Shown here piece after piece: positions 40,311-51,300 of a DNA stretch of 64,000 nt; within the stretch, counting starts at the first letter, position 1, and each line of letters starts with the position of its first letter. The stretch lies in the NCBI GenBank assembly GCA_017856235.1, contig JAFMFH010000001.1:23286-87285 (forward strand), given 5' to 3'. The stretch comes from Flavobacteriaceae bacterium. Lineage in GTDB: Bacteria > Bacteroidota > Bacteroidia > Flavobacteriales > Flavobacteriaceae. The position numbers and the translations under genes were made by a program. The notes beneath the pieces are model-generated. The model was not told where the DNA came from, ran no database searches, and saw only the letters and a program-made list of their open reading frames with translations.

Positions 40311-41824
40311 TGTCCAAACATATCGAAATAATGGATACTACTTTAAGGGATGGAGAACAGACCTCAGGAGTATCATATTCACCTAAAGAGAAACTCACTA
40401 TCGCTAAGCTTTTATTGGATGATCTTAAAATAGACCGTATAGAAGTTGCGTCTGCAAGAGTATCTGAGGGAGAACTTAATTCAGTAAAGGAGATATCTAG
40501 CTGGGCAGAAAAAAATAGTAGAATAGATAGTATTGAAGTTTTAACATTTATAGATGAAGGAAAATCTATACAATGGTTATTAGATTCAGGATGTAAAGTA
40601 CAAAATCTTTTAACTAAGGGTTCATTAAATCATTTAAAGCACCAATTGAAGAAAACACCTGATCAACATTTTAACGACATATCCAAAACCATTGATATTG
40701 CAGAAAAAAATTTAATAACTACTAACATATATCTTGAAGATTGGAGTAATGGAATGAAGAATAGTAAAGATTATGTTATTGATTATTTAGATTTTTTAAA
40801 AACAAAAAATATCAAAAGAGTCTTACTTCCTGATACATTAGGAATATTAACTCACTTTGAAACTTATGAATTCATAAATGAAATAAGGAATAAATATCCA
40901 AATTTTCATATAGACTTTCATGGACATAATGACTATGATTTGAGTGTTGCAAACTCTTTAGAAGCTATTAGAGCTGGGTGCGATGGTATCCACCTCACAA
41001 TAAACGGAATGGGAGAAAGGGCTGGTAATACTCCATTATCAAGTGCTGTTGCAGCAATTAAAGACTTCTTGCCAGAATATAAAATAAATGTTGAAGAAAA
41101 GAATCTATTTAAAGCGAGTAATTTAATTTCAACATTTTCTGGGCAAAGTGTATCATCTAATAAGCCTATTGTTGGTGAAAACGTATTTACCCAAACTGCT
41201 GGTGTACACGCAGATGGTGACAATAAAAAAGATCTTTACTTCAATAACTTAAATCCAAATAGATTTGGTAGAAAGAGAAAATATGCTCTTGGAAAAACTT
41301 CTGGAAAAGCAAATATAAAAAAGAACCTAGATGAATTAGGTATTAAACTAAATGATGATGAATTAAGTCTAGTAACCTCCAAAGTAATTGAACTAGGAGA
41401 TAAAAAAGAGAAGGTTACAATTGAAGATCTTCCATACATTATAAGTGATGTTCTTGAATACCCAACAAAAAAGAAAGACATAATTATTGAATCTTATGTC
41501 TTAACTCATGCAAAGACCCTTAGGCCATCTGCTTCTCTTTCATTAATTATTAATGATGAACTTTATCAGGAAAGTTGTTCGGGTGATGGCCAATTCGATG
41601 CATTTATGAGTGCATTAAAAAAGATATACTCTAAAAGAAATAAAATACTTCCAAAATTAATTGATTATGCTGTTCGTATTCCTCCCGGAAGTGATTCAGA
41701 CGCATTTTGTGAAACAACTATTACTTGGGATACTGGATCAAAAAAATTTAAGACAAGGGGACTTGATACAGATCAAACTGTTTCTGCTATCAAAGCAACT
41801 GAAAAAATGTTAAATACTGAATAA
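40310..41824 (+). CDS. Second 2-isopropylmalate / (R)-citramalate synthase family enzyme, full length with LeuA_dimer domain
   Basis: [23 protein letters not shown], and GMGERAGN. The C-terminal regulatory domain contains GDGQFDAF. 504 aa. Its specificity (IPMS versus citramalate synthase) cannot be decided from sequence by eye. Confidence 0.8.
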   Translation: MSKHIEIMDTTLRDGEQTSGVSYSPKEKLTIAKLLLDDLKIDRIEVASARVSEGELNSVKEISSWAEKNSRIDSIEVLTFIDEGKSIQWLLDSGCKVQNLLTKGSLNHLKHQLKKTPDQHFNDISKTIDIAEKNLITTNIYLEDWSNGMKNSKDYVIDYLDFLKTKNIKRVLLPDTLGILTHFETYEFINEIRNKYPNFHIDFHGHNDYDLSVANSLEAIRAGCDGIHLTINGMGERAGNTPLSSAVAAIKDFLPEYKINVEEKNLFKASNLISTFSGQSVSSNKPIVGENVFTQTAGVHADGDNKKDLYFNNLNPNRFGRKRKYALGKTSGKANIKKNLDELGIKLNDDELSLVTSKVIELGDKKEKVTIEDLPYIISDVLEYPTKKKDIIIESYVLTHAKTLRPSASLSLIINDELYQESCSGDGQFDAFMSALKKIYSKRNKILPKLIDYAVRIPPGSDSDAFCETTITWDTGSKKFKTRGLDTDQTVSAIKATEKMLNTE

Positions 41825-41826
41825 AT

Positions 41827-42894
41827 ATGATTTTAAAAATAGCTGTATTACCTGGAGATGGAATTGGACCTGAGGTGACTGATCAATCAATTAAAGTAAT
41901 TAAATGTATAGGTAAAAAGTTTAATCATAAAATTGAACTAGAAAATGCATTAGTGGGAGCAGCTGCAATTGATAAACACAATGATCCTTATCCAGATGAA
42001 ACTCATCAAGTATGTAAAAATTCAGATGCAATTCTTTTTGGTGCGATTGGCGATCCAAAGTATGACAATGATCCAAAAGCTAAGGTAAGACCAGAACAAG
42101 GATTACTAAAAATGAGAAAAAAACTTGGACTATATGCGAACCTTCGACCTACAAAAGTATTTAAGTCATTATTAGACATGTCACCAATAAAGGAAGAAAG
42201 AATAACTGGAACTAATATTCTTTTTGTTAGAGAACTAACTGGGGGTATTTATTTTGGAAAAAGAGGTAGAAAAGATAATGATAATTTTGCATTTGATACG
42301 TGTGAATATCATAGAGATGAAATTGTTAGAATTGCAAAAATAGGATTTGAATATGCACAAAAAAGAACTAAAAAATTATGTTGTGTTGATAAAGCAAATG
42401 TTCTTGAAACATCTAGATTATGGAGAGAAACAGTTCAGAGTATGGAGAAAGATTATCCAGATATAAAGGTTTCATATGAATTTGTAGATGCTGTTGCTAT
42501 GAGATTAGTTCAATGGCCAAATTCATATGATGTATTGATTACTTCAAATCTTTTTGGTGATATTTTAACAGATGAGGCTTCAGTTATTTCTGGATCAATG
42601 GGACTTATGCCATCTGCTTCAGTTGGATCAAAAAACGCATTATATGAACCAATTCATGGCTCTTATCCAGAAGCAGCTGGAAAAAATATTGCTAATCCTA
42701 TTGCTTCGATTTTGTCTCTCTCAATGATGTTAGAACATTCATTTAATTTGAAAAAAGAATCAGATATAATTAATAATGCAGTTGAAGATTCTCTTAAAAA
42801 TAAATACGTAACTCCAGACTTAAGCTCAGGTAAAAGTTCATACACTACAAATCAAGTTGGTGACTATATAATTGATTATATAGAAAAAAATTAA
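41827..42894 (+). CDS. leuB: 3-isopropylmalate dehydrogenase
   Basis: [25 protein letters not shown], and LYEPIHGS. 355 aa. Confidence 0.95.
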   Translation: MILKIAVLPGDGIGPEVTDQSIKVIKCIGKKFNHKIELENALVGAAAIDKHNDPYPDETHQVCKNSDAILFGAIGDPKYDNDPKAKVRPEQGLLKMRKKLGLYANLRPTKVFKSLLDMSPIKEERITGTNILFVRELTGGIYFGKRGRKDNDNFAFDTCEYHRDEIVRIAKIGFEYAQKRTKKLCCVDKANVLETSRLWRETVQSMEKDYPDIKVSYEFVDAVAMRLVQWPNSYDVLITSNLFGDILTDEASVISGSMGLMPSASVGSKNALYEPIHGSYPEAAGKNIANPIASILSLSMMLEHSFNLKKESDIINNAVEDSLKNKYVTPDLSSGKSSYTTNQVGDYIIDYIEKN

Positions 42895-44468
42895 AGTATA
42901 TAGTCAGTAGAGATGAAATTAGAATCATTTGAATCTAAAAGCTTTTTAAGTATCCTGTTGTTATGAACATTATCTTTAGAAGCTACAAAAGTTCTTATAG
43001 AAAATGCTCTTAAAGCATCATGAACACTCAAAGTACTAACTGCAGAATTTTTTCTACCTGTAAATGGGTAGATATCTGGTCCTCTTTGACAAGAGCTATT
43101 TAAATTAACTCTGCATACTAAATTTGCAAGAGTATCAATAAGTGGACCTAATTGCTTTGTATCACTACCAAAAAGACTTACTTGTTGACCATATTCAGAA
43201 TTTGCCATATCATCAAGAGGTTGATCTATATCGTTAAATGAAATTACTGGGATTACAGGACCAAACTGTTCTTCCTCGTAGACCCTCATATTTTGACTTA
43301 CAGGATATAATATAGCAGGAAAACAATAGTTTTCAGTTAGTTGCCCCCCTTTTTCATTGACTATTGATGCACCTTTAGAGACTGCATCATCAATTAAATC
43401 TCTTATATATTTTGGTTTAGATGGCTCTGGCAAGGGAGTTAAAAAAGAATCTTCTTCCCAAGGCATTCCAAATTTTAAATCATCAACTGCTTTTGCAAAC
43501 TTCTTGTTAAATTCATCTACTATTGATTCATGAACATATAAAACTTTAAGTGCTGTACATCTTTGACCATTATATGAAAGACAACCTGAAATACATTCTT
43601 GAATAGTTAAGTCAAGATCCGCATCTGGCAATATAATACCAGGATTTTTTGCTTCTAGTCCTAGAACAAGTCTAAGTCTATTTTTATTTGGATGCTGATC
43701 TTGAAGTGCAACTGCAGATGAACTATGCCCGATTAGTGCAAGAACATCAATATAACCTGTCTGCATAATTGGAGGACATATTTTTCTACCTCTTCCAAAT
43801 AATATATTAACTACCCCGGGAGGAAAACATTCTTTAAAGGCTTTTAATAATGGAGCAATTAAAAGGACTCCATGCTTTGCTGGTTTAAAGATAGTTGTAT
43901 TACCCATTAGAATCGCTGGAATTAGTAAACAGAAAGTTTCGTTAAGTGGGTAATTGTATGGACCTAAACATAAAACTACACCTAAAGGACCTCTTCTGAT
44001 GTGTGCGTGAATACCAGAGTCTTTCTCAAATCTTGCAGAAGATCTATCAATCTTTTTATATTCATTAATTGTGTCATATATATAATCTACAGTTCTATCA
44101 AACTCTTTTTCAGAATCTTTTTTATTTTTTCCAATTTCCCACATTAAAAGATTTACTACAACATCTCTATGTTCCTGAATTTTATCTGCAAACCTTTTCA
44201 TACACTTAAGTCTATCTCTAACCTTCATAGTTGGCCATTTACCTTGACCTCTACCAAATGCTTTCTTAGCTGATTCTAATGCTTCTAAAGCAGATTCTGA
44301 ATCCATATCTGGTATTGAACCAAGAAGTGTTTGAGAATAAGGTTTACTAGGATCAGAACTAATTGTTGAGTAAACCTCTGAAGTATCTCCATTCCATTTT
44401 TTTAATTTTCCTCCTACAAGATATTCCCTGCAGTTTAATTGATCTATTGTAAAATTTTTAATTGACAT
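42891..44468 (-). CDS. Aldehyde dehydrogenase superfamily protein, GapN-like (non-phosphorylating NADP-dependent GAPDH-like)
   Basis: GPYNYPLNE, catalytic Cys context [20 protein letters not shown] and [15 protein letters not shown] resemble my recollection of S. mutans GapN. The usual ELGGK motif reads GLEAKN. It starts 7 nt after the ilvA stop. Confidence 0.68.
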   Translation of the reverse strand: MSIKNFTIDQLNCREYLVGGKLKKWNGDTSEVYSTISSDPSKPYSQTLLGSIPDMDSESALEALESAKKAFGRGQGKWPTMKVRDRLKCMKRFADKIQEHRDVVVNLLMWEIGKNKKDSEKEFDRTVDYIYDTINEYKKIDRSSARFEKDSGIHAHIRRGPLGVVLCLGPYNYPLNETFCLLIPAILMGNTTIFKPAKHGVLLIAPLLKAFKECFPPGVVNILFGRGRKICPPIMQTGYIDVLALIGHSSSAVALQDQHPNKNRLRLVLGLEAKNPGIILPDADLDLTIQECISGCLSYNGQRCTALKVLYVHESIVDEFNKKFAKAVDDLKFGMPWEEDSFLTPLPEPSKPKYIRDLIDDAVSKGASIVNEKGGQLTENYCFPAILYPVSQNMRVYEEEQFGPVIPVISFNDIDQPLDDMANSEYGQQVSLFGSDTKQLGPLIDTLANLVCRVNLNSSCQRGPDIYPFTGRKNSAVSTLSVHDALRAFSIRTFVASKDNVHNNRILKKLLDSNDSNFISTDYIL

Positions 44469-44475
44469 AATTATT

Positions 44476-45723
44476 TTATATTATAAAGCTAAGAATTTCA
44501 GGGTTATCGTTTAAATACTCTCCAAAGAAACCATTTTCTTTCATTTTTTTTATTAAATCATCGAAATCTTTAGAAAATTTTAACTCAATACCAACTATTG
44601 CAGTTCCATTTTCTTTATTATTCTTTTTGGCATATTCAAAGAAGGTAATATCATCGTTTATACCAACCACATTGTTTACAAATTCTTTAAGTGCTCCTGC
44701 TCTTTGAGGAAATTTAACAATGAAATAATGTTTAAGATTAGAATAAAATAATGCCCTCTCTCTTATCTCTGCCATCCTAGAAAAATCATTATTTCCTCCA
44801 CAAATTAAAACACCAACATTTTTATTCATAAACATTTCACTGTTTAATTCAAGTGCTGATATTCCTATTGCTCCTGCAGGTTCAACTACAATTCCATCTT
44901 TATTATAAAGATCTAGTATAGTTTGACAAATTTTACCTTCAGGAACTAAAAAAATTTTATCTAAATAATTTTTACAAATTTCAAAAGGGATTTTACCAAT
45001 TTTTTTTATGGAAACTCCATCAACAAAATTATCAATTGAATCTAATTCAATAATTTTGCCTTCTTTTATAGATTTACTCATTGCAGGAGCTCCATCAGCC
45101 TCAACACCAATAATCTTTGTTCTTGGAGATAATTCTTTAAAGACAGTAATTATTCCTGAAATTAAACCTCCTCCTCCAATTGGAACAATCAAATAATCAA
45201 GATGGTTATCAACTTGATCCAAAATCTCAAGACCTATAGTTCCCTGACCTTCAATAACCTTTATGTCATCAAATGCATGGATAAATAAATCTTTATCAGT
45301 ATTTTGCTTTTGAGCTTCATACTGCGCATCGTCAAAATTATCTCCGATTAATATAATTTCTACATACTCACCTCCAAATATTTTAACCCTTTCTATTTTT
45401 TGTTTTGGAGTTGTAACAGGCATATAAACTTTTCCATAAATTTTTAGCTTATTACAGGAATAAGCAAAACCCTGGGCATGATTACCAGCACTTGCACAAA
45501 CTAATGTTTTATTATTTAGATAGGCAGAATCAATAGATTTAATTTTATTAAAAGCACCACGGATTTTAAAAGATCTAACTTGCTGAAGATCTTCTCGTTT
45601 TAAGTAAATTTTACAATTTAAATCATTTGAAAGCCTCTCATTTATAACTAAAGGGGTTAAAGTTGATATACCTTGGAGGATTTCAGAAGCATTTCTAACT
45701 CCTTTTAAATCTGTAAATTGCAT
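44476..45723 (-). CDS. ilvA: Threonine ammonia-lyase (short form with one regulatory domain)
   Basis: PLP lysine motif SFKIRGA, a GGGGL loop, and a single C-terminal ACT-like domain. 415 aa. Confidence 0.9.
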   Translation of the reverse strand: MQFTDLKGVRNASEILQGISTLTPLVINERLSNDLNCKIYLKREDLQQVRSFKIRGAFNKIKSIDSAYLNNKTLVCASAGNHAQGFAYSCNKLKIYGKVYMPVTTPKQKIERVKIFGGEYVEIILIGDNFDDAQYEAQKQNTDKDLFIHAFDDIKVIEGQGTIGLEILDQVDNHLDYLIVPIGGGGLISGIITVFKELSPRTKIIGVEADGAPAMSKSIKEGKIIELDSIDNFVDGVSIKKIGKIPFEICKNYLDKIFLVPEGKICQTILDLYNKDGIVVEPAGAIGISALELNSEMFMNKNVGVLICGGNNDFSRMAEIRERALFYSNLKHYFIVKFPQRAGALKEFVNNVVGINDDITFFEYAKKNNKENGTAIVGIELKFSKDFDDLIKKMKENGFFGEYLNDNPEILSFII

Positions 45724-47199
45724 TTATATAGCAGTTTTCATTGAAGTCATATACTGCCTAAGCTCATCACCAATTATTTCGATTGAGTGGTACCTAATTT
45801 TTTCGTTAATCTCAATTAACTTTTTATTATCAACATAGTTTGTGCTTTTACTAATTGAGTCTGAACCAATTATATCAGTTTCTACTTTATCAAAGAATTT
45901 AGAGAGTAGTGAAATTGCTTCATTATTAAAAAGATAGCATCCGTATTCTGCAGTATCAGAAATAATATTATTCATTTCATATAATTTTTTTCTAGAAACT
46001 AGATTAGCTATAAGTGGAAGCTCATGGAGAGATTCATAGTATGCAGATTCCTCTTTAATACCTGCTTCAACCATTGTCTCAAAAGCTAGCTCTACCCCTG
46101 CCTTTACAAGTGCTATCATTAAAATTCCATTATCAAAGTACTCTTGATTTGAAATCTCATCAGAAGTTGGATTTGTCTTTTCAAAGTCAGTATTACTTGT
46201 TTCTTCTCTCCAACTTAAAAGTTCTTTATCATCATTATCCCAATCTCTCATCATAGTCTCAGAAAAATTACCTGACAAAATATTATCCATATGTTTAATA
46301 AATAGTGGAGCTAATATTTCTTTAAGTTCTTCAGATAATTCAAATGCTTTAACTTTAGCAGAATTTGATAATCTATCCATCATATTTGTTATACCCCCGT
46401 GCTTAAGGGCTTCTGTAATATTCTCCCATCCATGTTGAATAAGCTTTGCAGAGTAGCTTGGTTCAATTCCAAGTTCTTTCATTTTATTAAAACACATAAT
46501 TGAACCTGTTTGAAGCATTCCACATAATATTGTCTGTTCCCCCATTAAATCAGATTTAACTTCAGCAACAAAAGATGATTCTAATACACCTGCTTTATCA
46601 GATCCTAGAGATACTGCATATGCTTTTGCTGCATCAAAACCAATTTTATTTATATCATTTTCTGGATGGACAGCGATAAGTGTAGGAACTCCAAAGCCTC
46701 TTAAGAATTCTTCTCTTACCTCAGATCCTGGAGATTTTGGCGCAACCATTATCACTGTAATATCTTTTCTAACTTTTATACCCTCTTCTACTATGTTAAA
46801 CCCATGAGAATATGAGAGAATAGAGTTTTTTTTCATCAATGGCATAAGTCTTTCAACAACTGGGGTATGATTTTTATCAGGGGTCAGATTTATAACCAGA
46901 TCAGAATTCGGTATTATTTCTTCAAAATTACCAACATTAAAACTGTTAGAAGTTGCATTAACAAATGATTGTCTTTTTGTATCAATAGATGACTGCCTAA
47001 GAGCATAGGAAATATCAAGACCAGAGTCTCTCATATTAAGGCCTTGATGTAAACCTTGAGCACCACAACCAACAATAGCTATTTTTTTGTTTTTAAGAAA
47101 ATTCACTCCATCACTAAATTCAGATGAACTCATAAATCTACATTTTCCTAATTGCATTAATTTTTCTCTAAATGTTAAAGTGTTAAAGTAATTTTTCAT
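45724..47199 (-). CDS. ilvC: Ketol-acid reductoisomerase, long (class II) form
   Basis: Rossmann [19 protein letters not shown]. The 491-aa length with a duplicated knotted domain resembles E. coli IlvC. Confidence 0.93.
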   Translation of the reverse strand: MKNYFNTLTFREKLMQLGKCRFMSSSEFSDGVNFLKNKKIAIVGCGAQGLHQGLNMRDSGLDISYALRQSSIDTKRQSFVNATSNSFNVGNFEEIIPNSDLVINLTPDKNHTPVVERLMPLMKKNSILSYSHGFNIVEEGIKVRKDITVIMVAPKSPGSEVREEFLRGFGVPTLIAVHPENDINKIGFDAAKAYAVSLGSDKAGVLESSFVAEVKSDLMGEQTILCGMLQTGSIMCFNKMKELGIEPSYSAKLIQHGWENITEALKHGGITNMMDRLSNSAKVKAFELSEELKEILAPLFIKHMDNILSGNFSETMMRDWDNDDKELLSWREETSNTDFEKTNPTSDEISNQEYFDNGILMIALVKAGVELAFETMVEAGIKEESAYYESLHELPLIANLVSRKKLYEMNNIISDTAEYGCYLFNNEAISLLSKFFDKVETDIIGSDSISKSTNYVDNKKLIEINEKIRYHSIEIIGDELRQYMTSMKTAI

Positions 47200-47203
47200 G
47201 ATT

Positions 47204-47737
47204 TTATTTTTGGTTTTTAAAATTATTTAAAATATCTGAGATTCCCATTTTTTCTTTACTTACGGCTATCCTTCCAGATCTAGTAAATTGAAGAAGACCA
47301 AAAGGCGCAAGATCATTGTATAGTTTTTCAGTATCTTCTCTAAATCCAGTTTTTTCAATCACAAAAAATTCCTTATTTACAGTAACAATTCTTGCATTTG
47401 AATCTTTTATTATGTTTTGTATATGTCTCTCTTCAAATAATGCAGATGACTTCATTTTATATAATGCAGATTCTTGAAATATTGTTTCATCATCTCTATG
47501 ATAAAAAGCTTTAATTACTTCAACCTGTTTCTCAATCTGCTTTATTATTCTTTCTACACCAGATTTTGTCATTTTTACAACTATAATAAATCTATATACA
47601 TTTTTTATTTCAGATTCTGATGTAGTAAAGCTTACGATGTTTATATGTCTTTTTAAAAAAATTGCTGAAATTCTATGTAGAAGTCCAATATTGTTTTCAG
47701 TGTATACAGATACAGTATAATTTATTCTTTTTTCCAT
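47204..47737 (-). CDS. ilvN: Acetolactate synthase small (regulatory) subunit
   Basis: ACT domain start [21 protein letters not shown]. 177 aa. Immediately downstream of the large subunit. Confidence 0.88.
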   Translation of the reverse strand: MEKRINYTVSVYTENNIGLLHRISAIFLKRHINIVSFTTSESEIKNVYRFIIVVKMTKSGVERIIKQIEKQVEVIKAFYHRDDETIFQESALYKMKSSALFEERHIQNIIKDSNARIVTVNKEFFVIEKTGFREDTEKLYNDLAPFGLLQFTRSGRIAVSKEKMGISDILNNFKNQK

Positions 47738-47738
47738 T

Positions 47739-49433
47739 TTAATCTAGTCTTATATCTGATACAGAAGCTCCAGAAGGAATCATTGGAAATACATTATCTT
47801 CTTTTTCAACGCAAACTTCAAGAATATAAGGTTTTTTTGATTTAATCATTCTTTTAACAGCGGGTTTTAAATCTTTTCTATTTTTAACTCTTTCAGCATC
47901 AATGTAATAACCCTTAGCAATTGTAACAAAGTCAGGATTTATCATTTCAGTTGAGGCATACCTTTTATCAAAAAATAATTGTTGCCATTGTCTAACCATT
48001 CCAAGAAAATCGTTATTTAAAATAACAACTTTAACTGGAATTTGAAGTTGAAAAATTGTACCAAGTTCTTGAATAGTCATTTGATATCCTCCATCACCAA
48101 TTACTGCAACAACCTCTCTTTCCATTGCTCCCATTTTAGCTCCCATTGCAGCAGGGAGAGCAAAACCCATAGTCCCAAGACCTCCTGAAGTAATATTACT
48201 CTTAGATTTAATAAAATTTGCATACCTACAAGCTACCATTTGGTGCTGGCCAACATCTGTAACTATTATTGCATCTCCTCTTGTAAATTCATTTATAGCA
48301 ATTATTGACTCTCCCATAGTAAGTCCATTTTTAGTTGGATTTAAATCTGATTTAATTACCTTATCAAATTCAATTTTCATTAAATCATCAAATTTTGAAA
48401 TCCATTTTTCATGAGATCTTTTATTAATTTTGTCGGTAATCATTTTAAGCGATTCTTTACAGTTACCAATCACTGGCACATCAACTTTAATATTCTTATC
48501 AACCTCTGCAGGGTCAATTTCTAGGTGAATAACCTTAGCCTGAGAAGCATATTTATTAGGGTCACCAGTAACACGATCATCAAATCTCATTCCTATTGCA
48601 ATTAATAGATCACATTTATTTGTAAGAATATTTGGGCCATAATTTCCATGCATACCAACCATACCAACATTTAGATCATGTGAAGTTGGCAGAGCAGATA
48701 AACCAAGAATTGTCCATGCTGCAGGAATTCCGCTTTTTTCAACAAAATTTTTAAATTCTTCTTCTGCATTTCCAAGTATTACACCTTGACCCCAAACAAT
48801 TAAAGGCTTCTTAGCATTATTAATAAGATTTACAGCCTCATTTATTGAATTATCATTAACCTTAGGATAAGGAGAATAACTTCTAATTCCATTACATTTT
48901 TTATAATTATATTGAAAAATTTCAAATTGTGCATCTTTCGTAATATCAATCAACACTGGACCAGGTCTACCAGATTTTGCAATGAAAAAGGCTTTAGCAA
49001 AAATCTCAGGTATTTCTGATGCCTTAGTTATTTGATAATTCCATTTGGTAACAGGCATTGAAATTCCAATAATGTCTGTTTCTTGAAAAGCATCTGACCC
49101 TAAGAGATGAGATGATACCTGACCTGTAATACATACAACAGGTGTTGAATCAATTTGAGCATCTGCAATACCAGTGACAAGATTAGTTGCACCTGGACCA
49201 GAGGTTGCAATTGCTACTCCAACTCTTCCAGAGGATCTTGCATATCCCTGGGCAGCATGTATAGCTCCTTGCTCATGTCTTGCAAGAATATGTTTTAACT
49301 TATCTTGGAATTTATAGAATTCGTCATATACAGGCATTATAGCACCTCCAGGATACCCCCAAACAAGGTCTACTCCCTCATTTAATAAACAATGAATCAC
49401 AGCTTCAGCACCACTAATTTTTTTATTTTTCAT
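47739..49433 (-). CDS. ilvB: Acetolactate synthase large subunit (ThDP-dependent)
   Basis: GAEAVIHCLLNEGVDLVWGYPGGA, and ThDP motif GDGGYQMTIQELGT...NN. 564 aa. Confidence 0.94.
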   Translation of the reverse strand: MKNKKISGAEAVIHCLLNEGVDLVWGYPGGAIMPVYDEFYKFQDKLKHILARHEQGAIHAAQGYARSSGRVGVAIATSGPGATNLVTGIADAQIDSTPVVCITGQVSSHLLGSDAFQETDIIGISMPVTKWNYQITKASEIPEIFAKAFFIAKSGRPGPVLIDITKDAQFEIFQYNYKKCNGIRSYSPYPKVNDNSINEAVNLINNAKKPLIVWGQGVILGNAEEEFKNFVEKSGIPAAWTILGLSALPTSHDLNVGMVGMHGNYGPNILTNKCDLLIAIGMRFDDRVTGDPNKYASQAKVIHLEIDPAEVDKNIKVDVPVIGNCKESLKMITDKINKRSHEKWISKFDDLMKIEFDKVIKSDLNPTKNGLTMGESIIAINEFTRGDAIIVTDVGQHQMVACRYANFIKSKSNITSGGLGTMGFALPAAMGAKMGAMEREVVAVIGDGGYQMTIQELGTIFQLQIPVKVVILNNDFLGMVRQWQQLFFDKRYASTEMINPDFVTIAKGYYIDAERVKNRKDLKPAVKRMIKSKKPYILEVCVEKEDNVFPMIPSGASVSDIRLD

Positions 49434-49438
49434 TTTAA

Positions 49439-51112
49439 TTATTCATCAGTTACACATCCATTAGATGCGTTAGAAACTGTCTTTAAATATTTATATAGAA
49501 TTCCTTTTTTAATTTTTAAATCTGGTTGTTTCCACTTTTCTTTTCTCTTTTGAATTTCTTCATCAGAAATGTCAACAAAAATCTTATTTTTTTCAGAATC
49601 AATAGTGATCATATCACCATTTTTTACTATTGCAATTGTTCCACCTTCAAATGCCTCAGGTACAATATGACCAACTACAAATCCATGCGTTCCTCCAGAA
49701 AATCTACCATCAGTTATCAATGCAACTTCTTTTCCTAATCCTGCCCCCATTATGGCTGATGTAGGTTTTAACATTTCTGGCATTCCAGGACCTCCTTTAG
49801 GTCCTTCGTATCTTATGACTACTACATCTCCTTTAGATACTTCAGAATTTTTAATCGCTGAAAGACATTCAAATTCACTGTTATAAACCTTAGCTGGACC
49901 TGAAAATATTAAACCTTCTTTACCGGTTATTTTTGCAACACATCCATCTTTTGCGAGATTTCCTTTCAATATCTGAATATGACCAGTTTTTTTTATAGGA
50001 TTTGATATTGGGAAAATTAGATCATTTGAAGTTAAATCAGGAGGATTAATTTTTGACAAATTTTCTTCTATTGTATTACCAGTGACAGTAAGACAGTCAC
50101 CGTGAAGCATGTTATTTTCAAGCATATATTTCAACACATAAGGAATACCCCCAATTTTATGTAAATCTTTCATTAGGTATTTACCGCTAGGCTTAAGATT
50201 TGCTAGGTAGGGAGTTGTGTCGCTAATTTCTTGAAAATAATCAATTGACAATTCTAGGTTTGCTGCTCTAGATATTGCTAAAAAATGAAGTACCGCATTA
50301 GTTGACCCTCCAAGTACAGTGACTAATCTTAAAGCATTTTCAAGAGACTTCTTTGTAACAATATCAGATGGCTTAATGTCCTTCTCAATTAAATTTTTAA
50401 TTGATTCACCTATCTTACTACATTCGTTAATTTTTTCATTACTTATTGCAGGATTAGATGAATTATATGGTAGCGACATACCTAAAGCTTCAATAGCAGA
50501 AGCCATAGTATTTGCAGTGTACATACCTCCACATGCTCCAGCACCTGGGCATGCATTTTTAATTACATTTTTATACTCACTCTCGTCAATTTTTCCTGAA
50601 ACTTTTTCGCCCCATGCTTCAAAAGCTGAAACAACATCCAACTCTTTATTATTATAACATCCAGAGTCAATTGTTCCTCCATATACTAGTATACTTGGTC
50701 TATCAAGTCTTAACATTGCCATTAGAGCTCCTGGCATATTTTTATCACATCCAACAACGGTGATCAAACCATCATATGACATTGCTTGAACCACAGTTTC
50801 CATTGAATCTGCAATAATATCTCGGGATGGGAGTGAATATCTCATTCCAAAAGTTCCCATTGAAATCCCATCACTTACACCAATTGTGTTAAAGATTAAT
50901 CCAACATATTTTGAGGTAGTAATGCTCTCTTTAATTTTAATTGATAAATCATTAAGATGCATATTACACGGATTACCCTCATAACCTGTACTTGCAATTC
51001 CAATAAATGGTTTATCAAAGTCGTCATCATTCAAACCAATTGCATGGAGCATTGCTTGGGCAGCTGGCTGTGAATCATCCTTTGTTACTACTTTACTGAA
51101 TTTATTATACAT
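49439..51112 (-). CDS. ilvD: Dihydroxy-acid dehydratase
   Basis: [16 protein letters not shown] and GPGMPEM motifs. 557 aa. Confidence 0.96.
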   Translation of the reverse strand: MYNKFSKVVTKDDSQPAAQAMLHAIGLNDDDFDKPFIGIASTGYEGNPCNMHLNDLSIKIKESITTSKYVGLIFNTIGVSDGISMGTFGMRYSLPSRDIIADSMETVVQAMSYDGLITVVGCDKNMPGALMAMLRLDRPSILVYGGTIDSGCYNNKELDVVSAFEAWGEKVSGKIDESEYKNVIKNACPGAGACGGMYTANTMASAIEALGMSLPYNSSNPAISNEKINECSKIGESIKNLIEKDIKPSDIVTKKSLENALRLVTVLGGSTNAVLHFLAISRAANLELSIDYFQEISDTTPYLANLKPSGKYLMKDLHKIGGIPYVLKYMLENNMLHGDCLTVTGNTIEENLSKINPPDLTSNDLIFPISNPIKKTGHIQILKGNLAKDGCVAKITGKEGLIFSGPAKVYNSEFECLSAIKNSEVSKGDVVVIRYEGPKGGPGMPEMLKPTSAIMGAGLGKEVALITDGRFSGGTHGFVVGHIVPEAFEGGTIAIVKNGDMITIDSEKNKIFVDISDEEIQKRKEKWKQPDLKIKKGILYKYLKTVSNASNGCVTDE

Positions 51113-51121
51113 AAACTTAAA

Positions 51122-51174
51122 CTACTTTAAAATTATCATCATAGAATGATGTTTTAAGGGACAATTATTATCAT
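51122..51174 (-). promoter_or_regulatory. Two tandem mini-ORFs rich in Ile/Val/Leu codons in the ilvD 5' leader (candidate leader peptides)
   Basis: On the minus strand, ATGATAATAATTGTCCCTTAA encodes MIIIVP* (51174-51154) and ATGATGATAATTTTAAAGTAG encodes MMIILK* (51142-51122). A CATCAT-tct-ATGATG hairpin followed by ATAATTTT lies between and across them. Such strings are easy to obtain by chance in DNA this AT-rich. Confidence 0.2.
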
Positions 51175-51300
51175 AAATTATATTCAAATTTTAATATTAA
51201 TTTTTAAATAACTATAAATCAATTATTTATAATATAAATTTTATTACACCCAAATTATATATTATAATATTGATTTTAAATAATTAGATTTGAAACAATT

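Noticed and set aside
50319-50657. 112-aa plus-strand ORF inside ilvD. Similar embedded ORFs occur at 49526-49738, 40933-41481, 57208-57585, 58800-59057, 62119-62412, 9968-10180, 16007-16210, 19284-19579 and 30840-31309.
   Set aside because: All are nested antisense or out of frame within genes that have strong family signatures. They have no upstream promoter-like boxes and no recognisable domains. I treat them as shadow ORFs.
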